NCBI GenBank assembly: GCA_002189035.1
Contig: NEEC01000065.1
Location: 1 to 32,272 of the forward strand
Direction: 5' to 3'
DNA from: Utricularia gibba
Lineage: Eukaryota; Plantae; Magnoliophyta
DNA: 32,272 nt
The notes under the pieces: generated by a model
What the model saw: only the letters and a program-made list of their open reading frames with translations
Database searches by the model: none
Told to the model about the DNA's origin: nothing
Position numbers and translations under genes: made by a program
Shown here: positions 23,323-32,272 of the stretch, one piece after another
Numbering within the stretch: the stretch's first letter is position 1
How the letters are laid out: each line of letters begins with the position of its first letter

Positions 23323-26300
23323 GTGCACCCAAAGACCGCCTGCTCAAGTATAAAGTAAGTTGTTGAAAAAATCATGTGGGGTGCACGTGATATCGCAATT
23401 TAAACAAATGCAACATTGTATTCATCGATTTGCATCCTTTTGTCCTCATGAGCCATAAAGAATCGCGGGCCCGGACCAAGTTCCTAGCGAGACTGGCCGC
23501 CACAAAACGAGAAGCTGTTCCTTGAAAAACCATGTAGGCAACACCGAAAACCGAACGTTAATAAATACATCACTTTCTTTGCCGGGCTACAACTTACTTT
23601 GGGCCAAGGCCTAAGCTGATCTTTTTCCGGTTCCAAGTGCACCCAAAGACCGCCTTCTCAAGTATAAAGTAAGTTGTTGAAAAAATCATGTGGGGTGCAC
23701 GTGACATCATAATTTAAACAAATGGATCATTTTTTTTAATCGATTTGCATCCAGTTGACCTCATGAGCCATACAGAATCGGGGTCAAGGACCAAGTTCCC
23801 AGCGAGACTGGCCGCCACAAAACGAGAAGCGGTTCCTTGAAAAACCATGTAGGCAGCCCCCGAAAACCGAACGATAATAAATACATCACTTTATTTGCCG
23901 GACTACAACTAACTCTCGTGCAAGCCAAACCTTACCTTTGTCCCGTTCCAGTGCACCCAAAGACCGCCTGCTCAAGTATAAAGTAAGTTGTTGAAAAAAT
24001 CATGTGGGGTGCACGTGATATCGCAATTTAAACAAATGCAACATTGTATTCATCGATTTGCATCCTTTTGTCCTCATGAGCCATAAAGAATCGCGGGCCC
24101 GGACCAAGTTCCTAGCGAGACTGGCCGCCACAAAACGAGAAGCTGTTCCTTGAAAAACCATGTAGGCAACACCGAAAACCGAACGTTAATAAATACATCA
24201 CTTTCTTTGCCGGGCTACAACTTACTTTGGGCCAAGGCCTAAGCTGATCTTTTTCCGGTTCCAAGTGCACCCAAAGACCGCCTTCTCAAGTATAAAGTAA
24301 GTTGTTGAAAAAATCATGTGGGGTGCACGTGACATCATAATTTAAACAAATGGATCATTTTTTTTAATCGATTTGCATCCAGTTGACCTCATGAGCCATA
24401 CAGAATCGGGGTCAAGGACCAAGTTCCCAGCGAGACTGGCCGCCACAAAACGAGAAGCGGTTCCTTGAAAAACCATGTAGGCAGCCCCCGAAAACCGAAC
24501 GATAATAAATACATCACTTTATTTGCCGGACTACAACTTACTTTGCAAGCCTAACCTACCTTTTCCGTTCCAGTGCCCCAAAGACCGCCTCTCAGTATAA
24601 AGTAAGTTGTTGAAAAAATCATGTGGGGTGCACGTGATATCGCAATTTAAACAAATGCAACATTGTATTCATCGATTTGCATCCTTTTGTCCTCATGAGC
24701 CATAAAGAATCGCGGCCCGGACCAAGTTCCTAGCGAGACTGGCCGCCACAAAACGAGAAGCTGTTCCTTGAAAAACCATGTAGGCAACACCGAAAACCGA
24801 ACGTTAATAAATACATCACTTTCTTTGCCGGGCTACAACTTACTTTGGGCCAAGGCCTAAGCTGATCTTTTTCCGGTTCCAAGTGCGACCGCCTTCTCAA
24901 GTATAAAGTAAGTTGTTGAAAAAATCATGTGGGGTGCACGTGACATCGTAATTTAAACAAATGCATCATTTTTTTTAATCGATTTGCATCCAGTTGACCT
25001 CATGAGCCATACAGAATCGGGGTCAAGGACCAAGTTCCAGCGAGACTGGCCGCCACAAAACGAGAAGCGGTTCCTTGAAAAACCATGTAGGCAGCCCCCG
25101 AAAACCGAACGATAATAAATACATCACTTTATTTGCCGGACTACAACTAACTGTGCAAGCCAAACCTTACCAGTGCTGCTCAAGTATAAAGTAAGTTGTT
25201 GAAAAAATCATGTGGGGTGCACGTGATATCGCAATTTAAACAAATGCAACATTGGATTTGCATCATGAGCCATAAAGAATCGCGGGCCGGACCAAGTTCC
25301 TAGCGAGACTGGCCGCCACAAAACGAGAAGCTGTTCCTTGAAAAACCATGTAGGCAACACCGAAAACCGAACGTTAATAAATACATCACTTTCTTTGCCG
25401 GGCTACAACTTACCCAAGGCCTAAGCTGATCTTTTTCCGTTCCAAGTGCACCCAAAGACCGCCTTCTCAAGTATAAAGTAAGTTGTTGAAAAAATCATGT
25501 GGGGTGCACGTGACATCATAATTTAAACAAATGGATCATTTTTTTTAATCGATTTGCATCCAGTTGACCTCATGAGCCATACAGAATCGGGGTCAAGGAC
25601 CAAGTTCCCAGCGAGACTGGCCGCCACAAAACGAGAAGCGGTTCCTTGAAAAACCATGTAGGCAGCCCCCGAAAACCGAACGATAATAAATACATCACTT
25701 TATTTGCCGGACTACAACTAACTCTCGGTGCAAGCCAAACCTTACCTTTGTCCCGTTCCAGGTGCACCCAAAGACCGCCTGCTCAAGTATAAAGTAAGTT
25801 GTTGAAAAAATCATGTGGGGTGCACGTGATATCGCAATTTAAACAAATGCAACATTGTATTCATCGATTTGCATCCTTTTGTCCTCATGAGCCATAAAGA
25901 ATCGCGGGCCCGGACCAAGTTCCTAGCGAGACTGGCCGCCACAAAACGAGAAGCTGTTCCTTGAAAAACCATGTAGGCAACACCGAAAACCGAACGTTAA
26001 TAAATACATCACTTTCTTTGCCGGGCTACAACTTACTTTGGGCCAAGGCCTAAGCTGATCTTTTTCCGGTTCCAAGTGCACCCAAAGACCGCCTTCTCAA
26101 GTATAAAGTAAGTTGTTGAAAAAATCATGTGGGGTGCACGTGACATCATAATTTAAACAAATGGATCATTTTTTTTAATCGATTTGCATCCAGTTGACCT
26201 CATGAGCCATACAGAATCGGGGTCAAGGACCAAGTTCCCAGCGAGACTGGCCGCCACAAAACGAGAAGCGGTTCCTTGAAAAACCATGTAGGCAGCCCCC

Positions 26301-29300
26301 GAAAACCGAACGATAATAAATACATCACTTTATTTGCCGGACTACAACTTACTTTGCAAGCCAAACCTTACCTTTTTCCGTTCCAGTGCCCCAAAGACCG
26401 CCTGCTCAAGTATAAAGTAAGTTGTTGAAAAAATCATGTGGGGTGCACGTGATATCGCAATTTAAACAAATGCAACATTTTTTTCATCGATTTGCATCCT
26501 TTTGTCCTCATGAGCCATAAAGAATCGCGGGCCCGGACCAAGTTCCTAGCGAGACTGGCCGCCACAAAACGAGAAGCTGTTCCTTGAAAAACCATGTAGG
26601 CAACACCGAAAACCGAACGTTAATAAATACATCACTTTCTTTGCCGGGCTACAACTTACTTTGGGCCAAGGCCTAAGCTGATCTTTTTCCGGTTCCAAGT
26701 GCACCCAAAGACCGCCTTCTCAAGTATAAAGTAAGTTGTTGAAAAAATCATGTGGGGTGCACGTGACATCATAATTTAAACAAATGGATCATTTTTTTAA
26801 TCGATTTGCATCCAGTTGACCTCATGAGCCATACAGAATCGGGGTCAAGGACCAAGTTCCCAGCGAGACTGGCCGCCACAAAACGAGAAGCGGTTCCTTG
26901 AAAAACCATGTAGGCAGCCCCCGAAAACCGAACGATAATAAATACATCACTTTATTTGCCGGACTACAACTAACTCTCGTGCAAGCCAAACCTTACCTTT
27001 GTCCCGTTCCAGGTGCACCCAAAGACCGCCTCTCAAGTATAAAGTAAGTTGTTGAAAAAATCATGTGGGGTGCACGTGATATCGCAATTTAAACAAATGC
27101 AACATTGTATTCATCGATTTGCATCCTTTTGTCCTCATGAGCCATAAAGAATCGCGGGCCCGGACCAAGTTCCTAGCGAGACTGGCCGCCACAAAACGAG
27201 AAGCTGTTCCTTGAAAAACCATGTAGGCAACACCGAAAACCGAACGTTAATAAATACATCACTTTCTTTGCCGGGCTACAACTTACTTTGGGCCAAGGCC
27301 TAAGCTGATCTTTTTCCGGTTCCAAGTGCACCCAAAGACCGCCTTCTCAAGTATAAAGTAAGTTGTTGAAAAAATCATGTGGGGTGCACGTGACATCATA
27401 ATTTAAACAAATGGATCATTTTTTTTAATCGATTTGCATCCAGTTGACCTCATGAGCCATACAGAATCGGGGTCAAGGACCAAGTTCCCAGCGAGACTGG
27501 CCGCCACAAAACGAGAAGCGGTTCCTTGAAAAACCATGTAGGCAGCCCCCGAAAACCGAACGATAATAAATACATCACTTTATTTGCCGGACTACAACTA
27601 ACTTTGGCAAGCCAAACCTTACCTTTTTCCGTTCCAGTGCACCCAAAGACCGCCTGCTCAAGTATAAAGTAAGTTGTTGAAAAAATCATGTGGGGTGCAC
27701 GTGATATCGCAATTTAAACAAATGCAACATTGTTTTCATCGATTTGCATCCTTTTGTCCTCATGAGCCATAAAGAATCGCGGGCCCGGACCAAGTTCCTA
27801 GCGAGACTGGCCGCCACAAAACGAGAAGCTGTTCCTTGAAAAACCATGTAGGCAACACCGAAAACCGAACGTTAATAAATACATCACTTTCTTTGCCGGC
27901 TACAACTTACTTTGGGCCAAGGCCTAAGCTGATCTTTTTCCGGTTCCAAGTGCACCCAAAGACCGCCTTCTCAAGTATAAAGTAAGTTGTTGAAAAAATC
28001 ATGTGGGGTGCACGTGACATCATAATTTAAACAAATGGATCATTTTTTTTAATCGATTTGCATCCAGTTGACCTCATGAGCCATACAGAATCGGGGTCAA
28101 GGACCAAGTTCCCAGCGAGACTGGCCGCCACAAAACGAGAAGCGGTTCCTTGAAAAACCATGTAGGCAGCCCCGAAAACCGAACGATAATAAATACATCA
28201 CTTTATTTGCCGGACTACAACTAACTCTTGGCCAAGCCAAACCTACCTTTTCCGTTCCAGTGCACCCAAAGACCGCCTGCTCAAGTATAAAGTAAGTTGT
28301 TGAAAAAATCATGTGGGGTGCACGTGATATCGCAATTTAAACAAATGCAACATTGTATTCATCGATTTGCATCCTTTTGTCCTCATGAGCCATAAAGAAT
28401 CGCGGGCCCGGACCAAGTTCCTAGCGAGACTGGCCGCCACAAAACGAGAAGCTGTTCCTTGAAAAACCATGTAGGCAACACCGAAAACCGAACGTTAATA
28501 AATACATCACTTTCTTTGCCGGGCTACAACTTACTTTGGGCCAAGGCCTAAGCTGATCTTTTTCCGGTTCCAAGTGCACCCAAGACCGCCTCTCAAGTAT
28601 AAAGTAAGTTGTTGAAAAAAATCATGTGGGGTGCACGTGACATCGTAATTTAAACAAATGGATCATTTTTTTTAATCGATTTGCATCCAGTTGACCTCAT
28701 GAGCCATACAGAATCGGGGTCAAGGACCAAGTTCCCAGCGAGACTGGCCGCCACAAAACGAGAAGCGGTTCCTTGAAAAACCATGTAGGCAGCCCCGAAA
28801 ACCGAACGATAATAAATACATCACTTTATTTGCCGGACTACAACTAACTCTCGGCAAGCCAAACCTTACCTTTGTCCCGTTCCAGTGCACCCAAAGACCG
28901 CCTTCTCAAGTATAAAGTAAGTTGTTGAAAAAAATCATGTGGGGTGCACGTGATATCGCAATTTAAACAAATGCAACATTGTATTCATCGATTTGCATCC
29001 TTTTGTCCTCATGAGCCATAAAGAATCGCGGGCCCGGACCAAGTTCCTAGCGAGACTGGCCGCCACAAAACGAGAAGCTGTTCCTTGAAAAACCATGTAG
29101 GCAACACCGAAAACCGAACGTTAATAAATACATCACTTTCTTTGCCGGGCTACAACTTACTTTGGCCAAGGCCTAAGCTGATCTTTTTCCGGTTCCAAGT
29201 GCACCCAAAGACCGCCTTCTCAAGTATAAAGTAAGTTGTTGAAAAAATCATGTGGGGTGCACGTGACATCGTAATTTAAACAAATGCATCATTTTTTTTA

Positions 29301-31675
29301 ATCGATTTGCATCCAGTTGACCTCATGAGCCATACAGAATCGGGGTCAAGGACCAAGTTCCCAGCGAGACTGGCCGCCACAAAACGAGAAGCGGTTCCTT
29401 GAAAAACCATGTAGGCAGCCCCCGAAAACCGAACGATAATAAATACATCACTTTATTTGCCGGACTACAACTAACTCTCGGTGCAAGCCAAACCTTACCT
29501 TTGTCCCGTTCCAGTGCACCCAAAGACCGCCTGCTCAAGTATAAAGTAAGTTGTTGAAAAAATCATGTGGGGTGCACGTGATATCGCAATTTAAACAAAT
29601 GCAACATTGTATTCATCGATTTGCATCCTTTTGTCCTCATGAGCCATAAAGAATCGCGGGCCCGGACCAAGTTCCTAGCGAGACTGGCCGCCACAAAACG
29701 AGAAGCTGTTCCTTGAAAAACCATGTAGGCAACACCGAAAACCGAACGTTAATAAATACATCACTTTCTTTGCCGGGCTACAACTTACTTTGGGCCAAGG
29801 CCTAAGCTGATCTTTTTCCGTTCCAAGTGCACCCAAAGACCGCCTTCTCAAGTATAAAGTAAGTTGTTGAAAAAATCATGTGGGTGCACGTGACATCATA
29901 ATTTAAACAAATGGATCATTTTTTTAATCGATTTGCATCCAGTTGACCTCATGAGCCATACAGAATCGGGTCAAGACCAAGTTCCCAGCGAGACTGGCCG
30001 CCACAAAACGAGAAGCGGTTCCTTGAAAAACCATGTAGGCAGCCCCCGAAAACCGAACGATAATAAATACATCACTTTATTTGCCGGACTACAACTAACT
30101 CTCGGTGCAAGCCAAACCTTACCTTTGTCCCGTTCCAGTGCACCCAAAGACCGCCTGCTCAAGTATAAAGTAAGTTGTTGAAAAAATCATGTGGGGTGCA
30201 CGTGATATCGCAATTTAAACAAATGCAACATTGTATTCATCGATTTGCATCCTTTTGTCCTCATGAGCCATAAAGAATCGCGGCCCGGACCAAGTTCCTA
30301 GCGAGACTGGCCGCCACAAAACGAGAAGCTGTTCCTTGAAAAACCATGTAGGCAACACCGAAAACCGAACGTTAATAAATACATCACTTTCTTTGCCGGC
30401 TACAACTTACTTTGGCCAAGGCCTAAGCTGATCTTTTTCCGGTTCCAAGTGCACCCAAAGACCGCCTTCTCAAGTATAAAGTAAGTTGTTGAAAAAATCA
30501 TGTGGGTGCACGTGACATCATAATTTAAACAAATGATCATTTTTTTAATCGATTTGCATCCAGTTGACCTCATGAGCCATACAGAATCGGTCAAGGACCA
30601 AGTTCCCAGCGAGACTGGCCGCCACAAAACGAGAAGCGGTTCCTTGAAAAACCATGTAGGCAGCCCCCGAAAACCGAACGATAATAAATACATCACTTTA
30701 TTTGCCGGACTACAACTAACTCTCGTGCAAGCCAAACCTTACCTTTGTCCCGTTCCAGGTGCACCCAAAGACCGCCTGCTCAAGTATAAAGTAAGTTGTT
30801 GAAAAAATCATGTGGGGTGCACTATCGCAATTTAAACAAATGCAACATTTATTCATCGATTTGCATCCTTTTGTCCTCATGAGCCATAAAGAATCGCGGG
30901 CCCGACCAAGTTCCTAGCGAGACTGGCCGCCACAAAACGAGAAGCTGTTCCTTGAAAAACCATGTAGGCAACACCGAAAACCGAACGTTAATAAATACAT
31001 CACTTTCTTTGCCGGGCTACAACTTACTTTGGCCAAGGCCTAAGCTGATCTTTTTCCGGTTCCAAGTGCACCCAAAGACCGCCTTCTCAAGTATAAAGTA
31101 AGTTGTTGAAAAAATCATGTGGGTGCACGTGACATCATAATTTAAACAAATGGATCATTTTTTTTAATCGATTTGCATCCAGTTGACCTCATGAGCCATA
31201 CAGAATCGGTCAAGGACCAAGTTCCCAGCGAGACTGGCCGCCACAAAACGAGAAGCGTTCCTTGAAAAACCATGTAGGCAGCCCCCGAAAACCGAACGAT
31301 AATAAATACATCACTTTATTTGCCGGACTACAACTAACTTCGCAAGCCAAACCTTACCTTTTCCCGTTCCAGTGCACCCAAAGACCGCCTCTCAAGTATA
31401 AAGTAAGTTGTTGAAAAAATCATGTGGGTGCACGTGATATCGCAATTTAAACAAATGCAACATTTATTCATCGATTTGCATCCTTTTCCTCATGAGCCAT
31501 AAAGAATCGGGCCCGACCAAGTTCCTAGCGAGACTGGCCGCCACAAAACGAGAAGCTGTTCCTTGAAAAACCATGTAGGCAACACCGAAAACCGAACGAT
31601 AATAAATACATCACTTTCTTTGCCGGCTACAACTTACTTTGGGCCAAGCCTAAGCTGACCTTTTTCCGGTTCCAA

Positions 31676-31982
31676 GTGCCCCCAAGACCGCCTCCTCAAG
31701 TATAAAGTAAGTTGTTAAAAAAATCATGTGGGGTGCACGTGATATCGTAATTTAAACAAATGATCATTTTTTAATCGATTTGCATCCATTTGACCTCATG
31801 AGCCATAAAGAATCGCGGGCCCGGACCAAGTTCCTAGCGAGACTGGCCGCCACAAAACGAGAAGCTGTTCCTTGAAAAACCATGTAGGCAACACCGAAAA
31901 CCGAACGTTAATAAATACATCACTTTCTTTGCCGGCTACAACTTACTTTGGCCAAGCCTAAGCTGATCTTTTCCGGTTCCAA
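31676..31982 (+). repeat. B/A mosaic monomer that breaks the A-B alternation
   Basis: It has a B-like head and poly-T region (TGATCATTTTTTAATCG, TGACCTCATG) but an A-type body (CATAAAGAATCGCGGGCCCGG, GGCAACACCG, GAACGTTAAT, GCCTAAGCTG), and sits between an A monomer (31372) and a B monomer (31983). Confidence 0.85.
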
Positions 31983-32272
31983 GTGCCCCCAAGACCGCCT
32001 TCTCATGTATAAAGTAGTTGTTAAAAAAATCATGTGGGTGCACGTGACATCGTAATTTAAACAAATGCATCATTTTTTTAATCGATTTGCATCCAGTTGA
32101 CCTCATGAGCCATACAGAATCGGGGTCAAGGACCAAGTTCCCAGCGAGACTGGCCGCCACAAAACGAGAAGCGTTCCTTGAAAAACCATGTAGGCAGCCC
32201 CGAAAACCGAACGATAATAAATACATCACTTTATTTGCCGGACTACAACTAACTCTTGCAAGCCAAACCTTA

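Larger units (their letters stand above)
1..32272. repeat. Tandem satellite DNA array, ~629-bp A+B dimeric higher-order unit, about 52 dimers (~105 monomers), head-to-tail, running off both window ends
   Basis: The anchor GTGCACCCAAAGACCGCCTGCTCAAG recurs at 625, 2499, 3754, 18642, 19573, 23323 and elsewhere (first copy at 1). The near-identical minus-strand ORF copies start 629 bp apart (3562, 4191, 4820). No unique intervening sequence and no orientation switch was seen. Confidence 0.98.

Noticed and set aside
1-32272. CRISPR array or other repeat-spacer system
   Set aside because: There are no unique spacers: the sequence between conserved blocks is itself repeated every 629 bp. No cas or other genes are present.
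1-32272. Rolling-circle or MDA concatemer of one small circle, or a kinetoplast minicircle
   Set aside because: Linked B1/B2 haplotypes with positional zonation imply a population of units rather than one template, and the minicircle CSB-3 motif GGGGTTGGTGTA is absent. It is not formally excluded without sample metadata.
1-32272. Telomeric repeats, LTR or TIR element ends, target-site duplications
   Set aside because: No TTAGGG, TTTAGGG or TTAGG tracts, no inserted non-satellite sequence, and no orientation inversion were seen.

Overview
The whole 32,272-bp window is one uninterrupted head-to-tail tandem array, most likely eukaryotic satellite DNA (about 45% GC). It has no unique flanks, genes, RNA genes, transposon ORFs or CRISPR spacers. 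The repeat unit is a ~629-bp dimer of two alternating monomers, A (314 bp) and B (~315 bp), roughly 85-88% identical by eye. I count about 52 A and 54 B monomer heads. Each monomer also retains a diverged internal ~157-bp duplication, giving a nested 157 > 314 > 629 hierarchy. The B monomer occurs as two haplotypes: interleaved on the left, with B2 nearly fixed from ~23 to 31 kb. The A/B alternation breaks twice (~19.24 kb and ~31.7 kb), and a deletion-riddled zone lies at ~13.0-14.5 kb. Much of the copy-to-copy variation is homopolymer slippage or bases dropped exactly at columns where variants disagree, which points to long-read consensus error in a collapsed repeat. All listed ORFs are by-products of the repeat. 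I cannot identify the organism or satellite family, and I find no supportable novel protein-coding or defence system. The real interest is the repeat architecture.
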